A DNA stretch of 64,000 nucleotides. It comes from an uncultured virus (IMG/VR IMGVR_UViG_3300026321_000001). Taxonomy: Duplodnaviria > Heunggongvirae > Uroviricota > Caudoviricetes. The notes under the pieces are model-generated. The model saw nothing but the letters and a program-made list of their open reading frames with translations, ran no database searches and was not told the DNA's origin. The DNA lies in IMG/VR virus record IMGVR_UViG_3300026321_000001. The stretch is one strand, 5' to 3'. Shown here piece by piece: positions 1 through 10,269 of the stretch (within the stretch, counting starts at the first letter, position 1; the number at the start of each line of letters is the position of its first letter). The position numbers were made by a program, and so were the translations under genes.

Positions 1-139
1 CACGTGAGATCAAATCAACTTTTGGTTGTGCCACTTTCACATCCTCCACAGGTGCTTTTGGTGAGTATTTAGCAACTGTAGCGGTCGCTTTTGGTTTACG
101 AGTGCGAGTCTTACGAGGTGTAGAAGTCGCTGCTGGCAT
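1..139 (-). CDS. Hypothetical protein, 5' part only (runs off window): MPAATSTPRKTRTRKPK...
   Basis: ATG at 139, open to the window edge, downstream of a promoter-like motif and a structured leader. Confidence 0.6.
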   Translation of the reverse strand, partial: MPAATSTPRKTRTRKPKATATVAKYSPKAPVEDVKVAQPKVDLISR

Positions 140-167
140 AGTGTGACAGTTAGTAAAGTGAATAAGT

Positions 168-241
168 GTGGAAGAGGTTCGACTTAAACTCGCTGCTCTT
201 AGTAGGTTGGAACCCACAATGGCGAGACCCTTGCCTTCCAC
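168..241 (-). ncRNA. Candidate structured leader RNA
   Basis: Nested helices GTGGAAG/CTTCCAC, CTCGC/GCGAG and GTGGGTT/AACCTAC, starting just downstream of a TATATT -10 element. Confidence 0.4.
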
Positions 242-247
242 TCTTAT

Positions 248-304
248 AATATACACGAGATTTCAACCAAATGGGGAAAATGTGTGCACTTTGTCAACTG
301 TCAC
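248..304 (-). promoter_or_regulatory. Early-type promoter with upstream GTGnCA-N10-TGnCAC palindrome
   Basis: GTGACAGTTGACAAAGTGCAC starts ~51 nt upstream of TATATT; the same motif recurs at 1456, 3275 and 48609. Confidence 0.55.
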
Positions 305-1214
305 AGTAATTCATTACACCTAAGCGTTTATGCACTAAGTTACTATAATCCTCGTGCAATTCACACCCTATGTAATGTCTATCTAATGATTTTGCAACCA
401 TTGCAGTTGTACCTGATCCCATAAATGGGTCAAGAATAGTATCACTAACTCGTGACCCTGCTAATATACAAGGACTGACTAAATCAGGTGGGAAAGTAGC
501 AAAGTGTGCTCCTTTATATGGTTTATTTGTTATACTCCAAACTGAACGTTTGTTCTTCTTTGGATATGATTTAGTGAGACCAGAATGAGGTTGCAATCCT
601 GTACCTTTGTTGTGATATTTGCCTTTTGATCTATCACGTGTACCCCAATCTTTAGCAGGTTCCTTGATACTTTCATTATCATAATAGTATCGCTTGTTCT
701 TACTTAAGAGGAACAAATACTCGTGTGATTTAGTACATCTATCTTTGACACTTTCAGGCATAGGATTAGGTTTATGCCAAATTATATCTTGTCGTAGATA
801 CCAACCATCAGATCTTAGTGCAAATGCTAACATCCAAGGGATGCCAATTAGATCCTTTTCTTTATATCCAACAAGTTTATTTGCACGCTTTGATGTATAC
901 TCAGGCAGGTCTTGATTAGTCTTACTAAGTGTTTGTTTAGGATATGATTTACCTGGTCTATAGTTATAGTAACTATCACCAATATTCAACCACAAAGTAC
1001 CATCATCAGTAAGACAATCTCTCACTAATCTAAACACTTTAACCATTTCCTGAATATATTCTTCAGGTGTTGATTCTTGCCCTATTTGTGACAATTCCCC
1101 ACCATAGTCTCTTAGACCATAGTAGGGTGGACTTGTCACACACATTTGACATTTAGTGGTGATATTTGCTAGTGATTCTCTACAATCACCATAAAGGATT
1201 GTATCCTTAGTCAT
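294..1214 (-). CDS. DNA methyltransferase, N4-C/N6-A beta class
   Basis: N-terminal TSPPY catalytic motif and C-terminal DPFMGSGTT SAM-binding motif; likely start MTKDT. Confidence 0.92.
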   Translation of the reverse strand: MTKDTILYGDCRESLANITTKCQMCVTSPPYYGLRDYGGELSQIGQESTPEEYIQEMVKVFRLVRDCLTDDGTLWLNIGDSYYNYRPGKSYPKQTLSKTNQDLPEYTSKRANKLVGYKEKDLIGIPWMLAFALRSDGWYLRQDIIWHKPNPMPESVKDRCTKSHEYLFLLSKNKRYYYDNESIKEPAKDWGTRDRSKGKYHNKGTGLQPHSGLTKSYPKKNKRSVWSITNKPYKGAHFATFPPDLVSPCILAGSRVSDTILDPFMGSGTTAMVAKSLDRHYIGCELHEDYSNLVHKRLGVMNYCDS

Positions 1215-1395
1215 TGTTAGCAGCAACCAATAATTTGCCTAGTAGTTTAGAATAAAACCGACAAGTTTCATCATCAGAATATTCTTTCTTGATTTTATCG
1301 TGAACCATTGTGATTAGTTCCTCATACTCTTCTGTTGTGAAGTTGTTATCATCACCCCAAGCATATTGTTGTGGGATGCTATCAACATTACTCAT
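1207..1395 (-). CDS. Hypothetical protein
   Basis: 62 aa ORF in gene-dense same-strand context, overlapping the MTase start. Confidence 0.6.
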   Translation of the reverse strand: MSNVDSIPQQYAWGDDNNFTTEEYEELITMVHDKIKKEYSDDETCRFYSKLLGKLLVAANND

Positions 1396-1430
1396 AATAG
1401 TCTAAATTTGGTTCATTGTCAATATACACG

Positions 1431-1465
1431 AAAAAAGTGCCCAACGGTTCAAACCGTGGACACTT
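1431..1465 (-). terminator. Intrinsic terminator overlapping a promoter motif
   Basis: AAGTGTCCACGGTTTGAACCGTTGGGCACTTTTTT: hairpin followed by a U-tract. Confidence 0.6.
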
Positions 1466-1491
1466 CCTAACGTGGCACATATTATACTATT

Positions 1492-1908
1492 CTACCATCC
1501 GAATTGATTAACCTTATCAAAGAATGCTGCTCTGTATGTGTCACCTAGTGAATTGGCATCAACATACGGATCACTCGTTGACTTCCTGACGTATCCTTCA
1601 TTAGCACCAGCACTACCCTCAATGATTCCCCATACTTTCGTATGTCCTCCTCTATCAACTGGTGCTACTGCTGATATTACTACATCATCACCACTAGCAG
1701 CATTTGCTTTGGTGAATGTCCAAGTGACTGACGAGTGGTCTGCTTCAATCTTTGCTTTCTTTCCTGTAAAGCGATACTCTGCTGCTCCTGCCTGACTGCT
1801 GACTCTTGCAATATTATCATCAACTGCCTTGAGTCTATATGCTTTGGCGTTTGCTGTTAATTGAGCAAGCAACAAGTCTGCCCAGTTATTTACTTGAGTG
1901 GTTGCCAT
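1492..1908 (-). CDS. Hypothetical protein
   Basis: 138 aa ORF, no recognised motif. Confidence 0.7.
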   Translation of the reverse strand: MATTQVNNWADLLLAQLTANAKAYRLKAVDDNIARVSSQAGAAEYRFTGKKAKIEADHSSVTWTFTKANAASGDDVVISAVAPVDRGGHTKVWGIIEGSAGANEGYVRKSTSDPYVDANSLGDTYRAAFFDKVNQFGW

Positions 1909-1938
1909 TTTAAAATTCCATTTAATACTGTGCCTGTT

Positions 1939-3219
1939 TTATTTATAAGCAAGAGGAAGTGGTGGTATACCCTTAACAAAGATATCATCAACCACTCTCT
2001 CTAACCTTCTCACTGTCTGCACACTCTGAGCAGGAGTACATACAAATCCTGTCTGCTTGCGATACATCTTGAGATCACCTGCCTTGATGATACCACGCTC
2101 AATGTCCATTTTATCGTCACTGTTCATTCTGATTACACGACCTATTGTCTGTGCCATTTCAATGATGCTCAACTGACGTAGCATAATGCAGTGTGTCAAT
2201 CCTGGAACTGATATACCCTCAGATAGTATGCTGTAATGGAATACGATAAACTTACGATCATCATCTTTACCCCACTCATTGAGTGTATTCATAAAGGTGG
2301 TTCTGTTCACCTTCTTATCATTAACAAATGATCCGAACTTACTGGTTACGTGTAACACATCATAACCACGCTCTTTTAACTCTTCCAACATACTTGTCCT
2401 GCCTAGCATTCTATCAAGAACTCTACTTGATCCAATACTAACAACGACCTTAGCATTGATGTTGTCATCTATCTCATCTAATACTGATAGAGTTGCATTA
2501 ACATCATATTCGTGATCGTTACGTCCTCCTCTAGTTAAATCAGTATCAAATGGTATTATTGTAGGTGGTATGATTGAACCAACTTCTATCAACTCTTTAG
2601 CAGCAACATTGCATATTATGTCACCATAGACTGAAGGAACATTCATTCCCATCTTCTTAACTAAGTTGCTAGAATACTTAGGAGTAGCAGTAAAGAAATA
2701 GTTCTTAGTTGCTTCCTCAGTAAAATGGTTAACAGCAGGAAAGAATGACTTAGCAGTACTATTGTGTGCTTCATCATAGTATAGAATGTCAGGGTTAATA
2801 CCAGACTCTTGTATCTTATGAAGACTATGATATGTGGTGAATATTATTTGATTACGCTTCCAGTTACCAACTGCCCAGTCATATATTCTACCTGCATTAG
2901 TTGTTGACTCATAGTCAGTCAATTTACCACTATGTACGTGTAGATATGCAATACGTGGTAACTGATACTTATCAAAGAGACTAACGAACTCATTGCACAA
3001 CTGTTGTGCTAATAGAATACGAGGTGCAACTACTACAATAGTCTTGGTTGCTGGTCTCCTTGTATCATAGTCAAATCCATTACGCTGTATCATTCTGATA
3101 GCGTGCTGAATCATTATAAATGTCTTGCCACCACCAGTAGGAACAACGATCTGTCCCTTATCATAAGCATCCATTGCTGCGAGTGCTCGTATTTGGTGTG
3201 GTCTTAGGGAAATAGTCAC
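1939..3219 (-). CDS. SF2 DEAD/DEAH-like helicase (ResIII-type)
   Basis: Walker A PTGGGKT, DEAH, TATP and QTIGRVIR motifs. Confidence 0.9.
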   Translation of the reverse strand: MTISLRPHQIRALAAMDAYDKGQIVVPTGGGKTFIMIQHAIRMIQRNGFDYDTRRPATKTIVVVAPRILLAQQLCNEFVSLFDKYQLPRIAYLHVHSGKLTDYESTTNAGRIYDWAVGNWKRNQIIFTTYHSLHKIQESGINPDILYYDEAHNSTAKSFFPAVNHFTEEATKNYFFTATPKYSSNLVKKMGMNVPSVYGDIICNVAAKELIEVGSIIPPTIIPFDTDLTRGGRNDHEYDVNATLSVLDEIDDNINAKVVVSIGSSRVLDRMLGRTSMLEELKERGYDVLHVTSKFGSFVNDKKVNRTTFMNTLNEWGKDDDRKFIVFHYSILSEGISVPGLTHCIMLRQLSIIEMAQTIGRVIRMNSDDKMDIERGIIKAGDLKMYRKQTGFVCTPAQSVQTVRRLERVVDDIFVKGIPPLPLAYK

Positions 3220-3269
3220 GTACTTTTGTCAGTACGTTAACTATAGCAGATCGCAGTGGTGGTGGGGGT

Positions 3270-3506
3270 TTATTGTGACAGTTTGTCCTTTGTCACAGTC
3301 TCTTCATAGAATACTCTGCCACCATACCCTATCATTTGCTGCACCCATTGGTTTGACTCCTTTAGATACAGTTCTACTATGGACTCCTTACCATTGTTAG
3401 TTGTCCATACTCTCTCATAGCACCTATGCTCTGAGTTGTATTCATATCCATTCTCAAGCAACTCTGCTATGAATTGTATGTCACTATCGCTAACGGTTTC
3501 TGTCAT
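3270..3506 (-). CDS. Hypothetical protein
   Basis: ORF within a tightly packed run. Confidence 0.6.
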   Translation of the reverse strand: MTETVSDSDIQFIAELLENGYEYNSEHRCYERVWTTNNGKESIVELYLKESNQWVQQMIGYGGRVFYEETVTKDKLSQ

Positions 3507-3735
3507 AGTCGTAGTAGTGTGAACTGTGTATTATATCATCTTGTCTGCTCGCTGCGCCTCTAACCTGATAATCAGGGAGATTAATATCGAGTGCATCAAG
3601 ATCTTTACCAACTCTTGTTTCATTAGAGTGGTAGATTTGTCTGAGTTCATCATCCTTTAACATTGTATTGATACGCTCCAACTCAGTGAGTTGCTTACGT
3701 AAGTTGTGTATGACAGCATCAAGATTCGTCATCAT
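3490..3735 (-). CDS. Hypothetical protein
   Basis: ORF within a tightly packed run. Confidence 0.6.
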   Translation of the reverse strand: MMTNLDAVIHNLRKQLTELERINTMLKDDELRQIYHSNETRVGKDLDALDINLPDYQVRGAASRQDDIIHSSHYYDYDRNR

Positions 3736-4201
3736 AGTCCTCCCTTGCTGCTGTTATAAACTCTTCAATCTGTTCATCAGTTGCTTCGTGCAACCAACCC
3801 CAGTGTGGATCATTCCTATCATACTCAAGGTATATCTTACCATCAATGACAGCAACCTTAAGTGAATCCCCTGCTTTTGCCTCTTTTTTTGGCATCAATA
3901 ACCTCCACGTGTGTAATGTGTTGTGGATAATTCCACTGTGCTGCTAATACCTCATCATAGGTATGTACTACCTTACAAGTATTATCTGTACACCATATTT
4001 TGTACCAGTGTCTATCATAAGGTGCATCACTAGACAATTTCTTCATACCTCCAGTGCGGATCATCTCGACCATCAGACCAGAACCAGAAGTCACCATTGT
4101 GTTGTGACGAGAAGAACCAGCGACCATCACCTCGCTTCTCTTCAATGATTGCGATAGGGTTACTGCTCATTGCCTCTACAAATTGTAGTTTGGCACGATC
4201 A

Positions 4202-4453
4202 CTAACTGGTGTAACTCTCGCTAATTTTCTCAATGGTGGCATCATCAATCTCCTGTCTAATTTTATTGTAGATATCAGAGTACTTAACTCCGTGGATATT
4301 CTCACTTGTGTACTGTAGTTCAAGTGGGAAATGTTGCAGTGCTGTTAATAATGCTTCTGCCTCATTCTTTGATATGTTGAGGTTAATCCAAGGGATGATA
4401 ACCTTAGCATCAAACTCTGAGTTGGTTGCATTTGGATTTGCTTCAACCTTCAT
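4202..4453 (-). CDS. Hypothetical protein
   Basis: ATGA overlap with the upstream ORF. Confidence 0.6.
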   Translation of the reverse strand: MKVEANPNATNSEFDAKVIIPWINLNISKNEAEALLTALQHFPLELQYTSENIHGVKYSDIYNKIRQEIDDATIEKISESYTS

Positions 4454-4779
4454 CTCTCCTCCATAGGTGGTAGTAGATCATTTCCAGGATGTTCCACGAT
4501 CTTGCCGTGGTAGTTCCTGACGTTGCGAGGATAGAGAGACTCATCAATCTCAATGTCCTCCCAGTCACTAGCATATATTAGCACATTACAGAAGGTTTTG
4601 CCGTGTAGTGCTTCTGGGTTGTCTGTCTCGTGAGTACATATCGTGATGTACTCATCTCCTACAAATGATATGTAACCAGTGTTATCTTGAAACTTGACGT
4701 ATGTACCAAGTTCGAGAGATTTGAGGATGTTTCTCATTTCTATTTGGATAGCGTTGGCGAGTAAGAGGTTGATACTCAT
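4450..4779 (-). CDS. Hypothetical protein
   Basis: 109 aa ORF with GYISFVGDEYITIC. Confidence 0.65.
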   Translation of the reverse strand: MSINLLLANAIQIEMRNILKSLELGTYVKFQDNTGYISFVGDEYITICTHETDNPEALHGKTFCNVLIYASDWEDIEIDESLYPRNVRNYHGKIVEHPGNDLLPPMEER

Positions 4780-4780
4780 C

Positions 4781-4972
4781 TTATGTATCTGTATGCTTTA
4801 GATATAATAACTCACATATCTCTTCAATAGTTCTTAACGTAGCATCTAATTCATCACCATTAATTCTACCATCATAATGTGATTGATGTTGCTTAGAAAT
4901 AAACATTCCAAGCGACTTCCTGAGTATATCTTTACTCTCCGAGTCTAGTATTTGTGTCTTGAGTCCAAACAT
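4781..4972 (-). CDS. Hypothetical protein
   Basis: TAATG overlap with the upstream gene. Confidence 0.6.
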   Translation of the reverse strand: MFGLKTQILDSESKDILRKSLGMFISKQHQSHYDGRINGDELDATLRTIEEICELLYLKHTDT

Positions 4973-5640
4973 TATAGTAATGGAATTAGTGAGAACTGAT
5001 CGTCAGGTAAATCACCTCTAGTTTCTATATCAAATCCAAGTGTAATCCTCTTGCCTTCATACTCTTCATTCACACATACTTTGTGCATCCGTTCCCATCC
5101 AGGTCCGAAATATATGTTACCTACCTCATTATTTATTTCATACAATGGTCCTCTACTATCTCTAAACTTAGTGGTACTAGACTTAGGATCAATACTGACA
5201 TATCCGTGGTAGTCAAACTTATGATCGTGCCAATTCAACACCTCGTGTGGTTCGTGCATATTAACCCAACACTGCATCCATAGTGGTTCATCAGTTCCTA
5301 ACGTTGTTCTAACTACTGTCCTTATATCCTTCATCAATAACCAGAATAGTGGTGAAGGTGCAGTCAATGAGAATAGATTGTAAAACCTATAACCTGAGAA
5401 GTTAGTATCCATATTATCTAAATGCTCATTATCTAACTTCACATCCTCTCTATCAAATAGTTCTGGTAATGCACCAAGAGTCAACCCATCTTGTCTCAAT
5501 GATGAGTCAAGACCAGTGAATGTCTCTTTGAATAGTCTGTAACCACGTCCTAATTGACGTAGCATTTCTTCTTGTTCGTGTTCTACAACTGGTGATCTAT
5601 AAAGAACCCAATCTTCACCCTCGTTAATTTTGTAAGTCAT
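4972..5640 (-). CDS. Putative 2OG-Fe(II) oxygenase
   Basis: WVN...WHDH, distal His (MHKV) and terminal RITLGFD. Confidence 0.75.
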   Translation of the reverse strand: MTYKINEGEDWVLYRSPVVEHEQEEMLRQLGRGYRLFKETFTGLDSSLRQDGLTLGALPELFDREDVKLDNEHLDNMDTNFSGYRFYNLFSLTAPSPLFWLLMKDIRTVVRTTLGTDEPLWMQCWVNMHEPHEVLNWHDHKFDYHGYVSIDPKSSTTKFRDSRGPLYEINNEVGNIYFGPGWERMHKVCVNEEYEGKRITLGFDIETRGDLPDDQFSLIPLL

Positions 5641-6295
5641 TTGGATTGTATGCTAATCGTGGATCTTTTGGCACTGCATCTGCCAAATTGATGTTAACAA
5701 CAGGTCGCCAAGTACCCACTGGTGTTGTTGATGAGTGGAATAGATCACCCTTGAATGCCACTGCTCGACCTCGTTTGGGTGAGACCCTTGTCATTTCAGT
5801 CCAAGTGTCTTGTTTTACCATCTCAATATATTGTTGAGGATTTTGTGTCCTCTCGTTGTAGATAATAGTGTCACCATTTGAATTATCAATATAATATACC
5901 ACGTTCCAAGCATTTTGTACATAACTGTCAACGTGTGGTAACTGAATGATGTTAGAGCACCAAGCAGGTACGTGGTTGACTCTCATCCTAAGCAATGCCT
6001 CTGCCTTTAATCTCTCTCTGAACTGTAATGCTAGTGGCATAAATGCGTTACACAGTGATGATATCTCACCTTGCTCACATTCAAAGAGATAGTGGAAAGC
6101 ACAATACCCATTCCTGGGATCACCCTGGAACAGGTCACTGATTGCATTGTCCTTTATCATCCATTTCAAGTCAGGGTTCTTGACACAATCTATCAACCAG
6201 TTCTGATACACTGGTGGGATTATATCATCAAAGACAAGAACGTCATCCATATTATTGAATTGTGTCTTAAAAGGTGACTGCACTGTGAATTTCAT
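5624..6295 (-). CDS. 2OG-Fe(II) oxygenase
   Basis: PHVD, YYIDNSNGDT, FHSS, RPVVNIN: HxD...H...R pattern. Confidence 0.85.
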   Translation of the reverse strand: MKFTVQSPFKTQFNNMDDVLVFDDIIPPVYQNWLIDCVKNPDLKWMIKDNAISDLFQGDPRNGYCAFHYLFECEQGEISSLCNAFMPLALQFRERLKAEALLRMRVNHVPAWCSNIIQLPHVDSYVQNAWNVVYYIDNSNGDTIIYNERTQNPQQYIEMVKQDTWTEMTRVSPKRGRAVAFKGDLFHSSTTPVGTWRPVVNINLADAVPKDPRLAYNPNDLQN

Positions 6296-6296
6296 A

Positions 6297-6974
6297 TTAT
6301 GTGTAGTATGGTGAGGAGTTAATCATTGACTGCTCCTCTTGTATGAAGTCAGCAGCAGACTCCCAAGGCATTGATAACATAGGTCTTCCATCATATTTGT
6401 TCTTAGCATACTTACCATTTGCATCCACGTATGATACAAATGCTTGTACCTGTAACTCACCAGTATATTTTGGTCTCCAATGATAGTCCCTGTGTCCTCT
6501 GAAAATACAGATATCACCTTGATTTAATAATATTTGATGTGACTTACCATCTAGTTCAATGTATAGTTCCCAGTCAGTATCATCTCGTGTGATACATACG
6601 TTGCCAACCCACTCACCACTGGTTCTGTCTCTATGTCTGACTAGGTTGGTTCCTTTAACATATACTCTAGCGTATGAGAATGTCTGATATAATTCACAAC
6701 CAACAACCTGTTCTATCATAGGTTGTATAACCTGACCCATTGCTTCAAAGCATACAGGTGAGTACATAGCAAATGCACCAGGCATTATGGGGTCCGAGGT
6801 AGGTCCAGAGTATTGTGTCTCAACAACCTCTTTAATCATCAGATACTCAGTCTTTAATTGTTCACAGGTCTCTTTAGATACACCTTCACGGATAACATAT
6901 AGTTTGTTATCAGCAAGTGTCTCAACCTTCAAATCTTGAGTCATAGGACTGGTAGTCATTAATTCCCCTCCCAA
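6297..6974 (-). CDS. 2OG-Fe(II) oxygenase
   Basis: SYARVY...RHRDR...GDICIFRG...HWR. Confidence 0.85.
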   Translation of the reverse strand: MGGELMTTSPMTQDLKVETLADNKLYVIREGVSKETCEQLKTEYLMIKEVVETQYSGPTSDPIMPGAFAMYSPVCFEAMGQVIQPMIEQVVGCELYQTFSYARVYVKGTNLVRHRDRTSGEWVGNVCITRDDTDWELYIELDGKSHQILLNQGDICIFRGHRDYHWRPKYTGELQVQAFVSYVDANGKYAKNKYDGRPMLSMPWESAADFIQEEQSMINSSPYYT

Positions 6975-7584
6975 AGAATACTAGAGTTAGTCTTGCATCA
7001 TCAGCAGTAGAACCATAGAAGTTCTGTCCTCCGTGATACTTACGTCCATCAAATAGTATAGCACGATTGTAACGTGCTTGCACCTTGATAGATTCAATAA
7101 AATATGAATTACACTCCTCCTTATACTTATCAAAGTTAGCAATCGCTTCAGTACCCTGTGCCTCCATTGCCTTGTGAAACTCCTCTTCATATCCTTGCAT
7201 CTCAGCACCAGCAGGTACATCATATATTGTTGTTCCACTATCCTCAGTCATATCTGGATTAAGATAGATAACACTACCAATTCCTAAATGATCGTCATCA
7301 GTGTGTATCCATCCACTACCACATTCACCTGTACTGATATGAAATGCTGCATCTGCTATCTCAAATGCACGATAACTTGGTAAGTATCTAATTATCTTTC
7401 TACATATTATTTCGTGTAACACAGGATCTAAATCTTGCAAGAGTTTAGTTCTCTTACCTGGCCAATACCCTCTGTTTGGATGTTCAGTACAAGGATAATA
7501 TTCAAGTGATTGTGCATACTTACGCACTAAACTTGGTGTCTCAAAGAATCTATCAATGATAGTGGTTGGTACTACTTCTGCCAT
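6922..7584 (-). CDS. 2OG-Fe(II) oxygenase-like (DUF6445-type)
   Basis: WPGKRT, WIHTD, YLNP, YNRAILFDG, YHG, RLTLVFF. Confidence 0.8.
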   Translation of the reverse strand: MAEVVPTTIIDRFFETPSLVRKYAQSLEYYPCTEHPNRGYWPGKRTKLLQDLDPVLHEIICRKIIRYLPSYRAFEIADAAFHISTGECGSGWIHTDDDHLGIGSVIYLNPDMTEDSGTTIYDVPAGAEMQGYEEEFHKAMEAQGTEAIANFDKYKEECNSYFIESIKVQARYNRAILFDGRKYHGGQNFYGSTADDARLTLVFFGRGINDYQSYDSRFEG

Positions 7585-8267
7585 AATTTAAAAGGACACT
7601 TAGATGTGTTAAAGATTAGATTGTGTGTGATACGAGGAAATAGATTCTTAAGATCTGTTCTCTTTTGTGCATCACGTAGTTGTTTACTTGTTGGTGTTGC
7701 CTTAACCATATCATATGTTTGATTATGGTTATGCTCTTGATAGAATGCCAACCGATAAATCGGATCACCTCTCTTTATTATGATAGGTTTAGACTCATCA
7801 ATAAACTCAACAGCAAAATTAATAGGACGTGACCAATCAGATAGATTCCACCATCCTTCTACTGTCCTGAAATTATTACCACCACATTGTTTCTGTTCTA
7901 CCCATACATTCTTTGCCTTTGTCCACATCAAGAACACAGGTAAATGTATTTGAAATGTCTGATCCACCTCCCAATTTGGTGGTGGTTGTATTATCTGTTG
8001 AAACAGATCACCTAAGTTAGACTCAAGATACTGCTCCTCTCTGTGCATTGTCAACTCAATAGGTTTAGGTGCACGGATAACAAACTCTCGTTTTACCTTA
8101 TGCTGCCAAGCAGGACAACTATAATATATCTTTTTCTTTGCATCAAATGTATCAAAGTATCTCTCTGGTTCAAATCCAACACCATCTAACGATAGACCAG
8201 AGTCAAGTGCTCTGTCTAATGACCAATCAGGTGATTCATATTGTAGATAGTTTATTTGAACGGACAT
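7572..8267 (-). CDS. Conserved unknown protein (CPA...IKRGDP family), paralog A
   Basis: Shares CPA, WNLSxWxRPI, IKRGDP and CPF with 8252..8941. Confidence 0.7.
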   Translation of the reverse strand: MSVQINYLQYESPDWSLDRALDSGLSLDGVGFEPERYFDTFDAKKKIYYSCPAWQHKVKREFVIRAPKPIELTMHREEQYLESNLGDLFQQIIQPPPNWEVDQTFQIHLPVFLMWTKAKNVWVEQKQCGGNNFRTVEGWWNLSDWSRPINFAVEFIDESKPIIIKRGDPIYRLAFYQEHNHNQTYDMVKATPTSKQLRDAQKRTDLKNLFPRITHNLIFNTSKCPFKLWQK

Positions 8268-8941
8268 TGTTTAAACATAAGAGTCTTTGCCAAATTTGAG
8301 ATGAATCCCTTCACCCTCACCCTCTTATTCATATCTATAAGCAATCGTTCAGGTGGTAGTTCCTTCTTGAATTTAAACTCTTGATTGAGATTACCCTCCT
8401 CAATGAAGTTGATCTTATATAATGGATCACCTCTCTTAATGACAACAGGTTTAGTATTGTCCACGATGTTCAATCCAAATGATATAGGACGTGTCCAAGA
8501 TGATAGATTGAACCATCCTTGAACTACTGTGAAATTATTATTGAGTGACGTGAGTGGATGATCCTTAACCTCCACCCATATATTTTTATTCTTAGTCCAA
8601 CAGATCAACATAGGCATACAAACCTGCATTGTTGTGATCGGTGCTCTCTTATTCTGTACTTGTACTGTTCTATGTAAATCCTCGTTGGTTAACTGAGCAC
8701 AACTGATCATATTATTCTCATTGTCAATCTCTAGTGTCATATCTTTTGGTGCATATACTATCCACTCTCGTGATGTCTTATGAGTAAATGCAGGACAATC
8801 CAAATATGGTGTTGTCTTAGGCATTGTATCCAGAGTTCTTTCTGGTTCAATACCAACACCATCTATCGATAGAGGAGATTTGAGGATGTCAACCACATCT
8901 TCTGCTCCTTCATATTGGTAGTAATTAATCAGGACAGACAT
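8252..8941 (-). CDS. Conserved unknown protein (CPA...IKRGDP family), paralog B
   Basis: Tandem paralog of 7572..8267; both begin MSVxINYxQYE. Confidence 0.7.
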   Translation of the reverse strand: MSVLINYYQYEGAEDVVDILKSPLSIDGVGIEPERTLDTMPKTTPYLDCPAFTHKTSREWIVYAPKDMTLEIDNENNMISCAQLTNEDLHRTVQVQNKRAPITTMQVCMPMLICWTKNKNIWVEVKDHPLTSLNNNFTVVQGWFNLSSWTRPISFGLNIVDNTKPVVIKRGDPLYKINFIEEGNLNQEFKFKKELPPERLLIDMNKRVRVKGFISNLAKTLMFKQCPFK

Positions 8942-9443
8942 AGTTGAAATTAATGACGATTCTATTTGTAGCGAGGGTAGGACAGGACGATGCGTGCATT
9001 TTTAAACCATCAAAAATAATGAGTTTATTCTTCTCTGGTCTAACACGATCGGTGATGCTCCCATTTCTGTCAAAGAAGACGGTATCACCATCAGAATCGT
9101 TGACATAATATAGTGCTGTAGTGTGTGGAATATTAAAATCCACGTGTGGTCTATTATAACCTGAACTGGTCTGTAAAAGCAACCCTCCCTTAATCCTTAT
9201 TAGTTTATGATCCTTCGGTGCAAATTGTAAGAGAGCAGGATATACAAAATCCAAACACTCAGATTCTATTCCCTCTTCCTCATCAAAGAATAGATGAGCA
9301 AATCCTGGTGATCCACGATGATGTGGTCCCTCGTGAGCATATGTGACATCATTCAGAAAATGCCAGTTGAATTTTATTCCCGACATCATATTGTGAATCT
9401 TGTCCACATATAATTCTGGTAATAGATCTCTAATGACCTTCAT
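8925..9443 (-). CDS. 2OG-Fe(II) oxygenase
   Basis: PHVD, YYVNDSDGDT, MHAS, RIVINFN. Confidence 0.85.
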   Translation of the reverse strand: MKVIRDLLPELYVDKIHNMMSGIKFNWHFLNDVTYAHEGPHHRGSPGFAHLFFDEEEGIESECLDFVYPALLQFAPKDHKLIRIKGGLLLQTSSGYNRPHVDFNIPHTTALYYVNDSDGDTVFFDRNGSITDRVRPEKNKLIIFDGLKMHASSCPTLATNRIVINFNYVCPD

Positions 9444-10047
9444 AGTTCATTGATAGTACTACACGATCTTCATCTGTATTATTTGGTTGTGTTGCGTGTT
9501 TCAACCAACCAGGAAATACCAGGATATCGTTAGTTTGAACTGGTATCTCTTTCCACAGATTCTGCTCTGGTACCTGTGGAGAACCAAAGCGATGATACTC
9601 TAGTGGATCCCTAACAAGAAAGTTCCCTGACCCTTGGGATGCCTTGAGATAACAAGACAATACCATAGGACAGGGACTGTGTAAATGTTCTGTTGTTATT
9701 CCACCACGCTTGTGGATATTTATCCAAGACTCACGTGGTTGTATCCTCATATCATAATATCCCCAGTGCTTCCAAATTGGAACTAACTGTTGATGTATGA
9801 CATATAAGAACTTCTGTAAGCACTCCCAGTTATGAGGTGCATATGATTCTAGGGATGCTGACGCTGTACTAAATGCGTTGTTGCTCTCTAGTTCTGAGTT
9901 CTTGTTAACTGTGTCTAATAATGATCCAACATCAAACTGTAATGCACCACCGTGTTGATACTCAAAATCATAGTTGAGTCTCCAAACATAGTTTGGTATG
10001 TACTCAACTGGTTTAGGGTTTTCTGGTGTTATTATTAAACTCATCAA
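9430..10047 (-). CDS. 2OG-Fe(II) oxygenase (TIGR02466-like)
   Basis: SWIN, EHLH, FPGWLKH, RVVLSMN. Confidence 0.85.
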   Translation of the reverse strand: MMSLIITPENPKPVEYIPNYVWRLNYDFEYQHGGALQFDVGSLLDTVNKNSELESNNAFSTASASLESYAPHNWECLQKFLYVIHQQLVPIWKHWGYYDMRIQPRESWINIHKRGGITTEHLHSPCPMVLSCYLKASQGSGNFLVRDPLEYHRFGSPQVPEQNLWKEIPVQTNDILVFPGWLKHATQPNNTDEDRVVLSMNYEGH

Positions 10048-10269
10048 CTTTCTCCTTCAACTGCTTAATACGTTTAGCAGTCTCTTCCCTGACCTTTTTG
10101 GACAGTCGTTTGAGAGTGGGTGGATGAGTTTCATAGTTTATGAATGAGGACCAAAAGTTATTATCATTTTGGTTTTTTGGACTCGACATCTGCTGAGGAT
10201 TTGTGTAACTGTTCTATCGCTTTGAGGACTTCGGGAGTTTCTTCCCACTCCCAGGTATCCTCGTGTCCT

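Noticed and set aside
294..3219. Type III restriction-modification system (MTase + ResIII-like helicase)
   Set aside because: The helicase has no visible nuclease domain, and the genes are separated by two ORFs and a terminator/promoter
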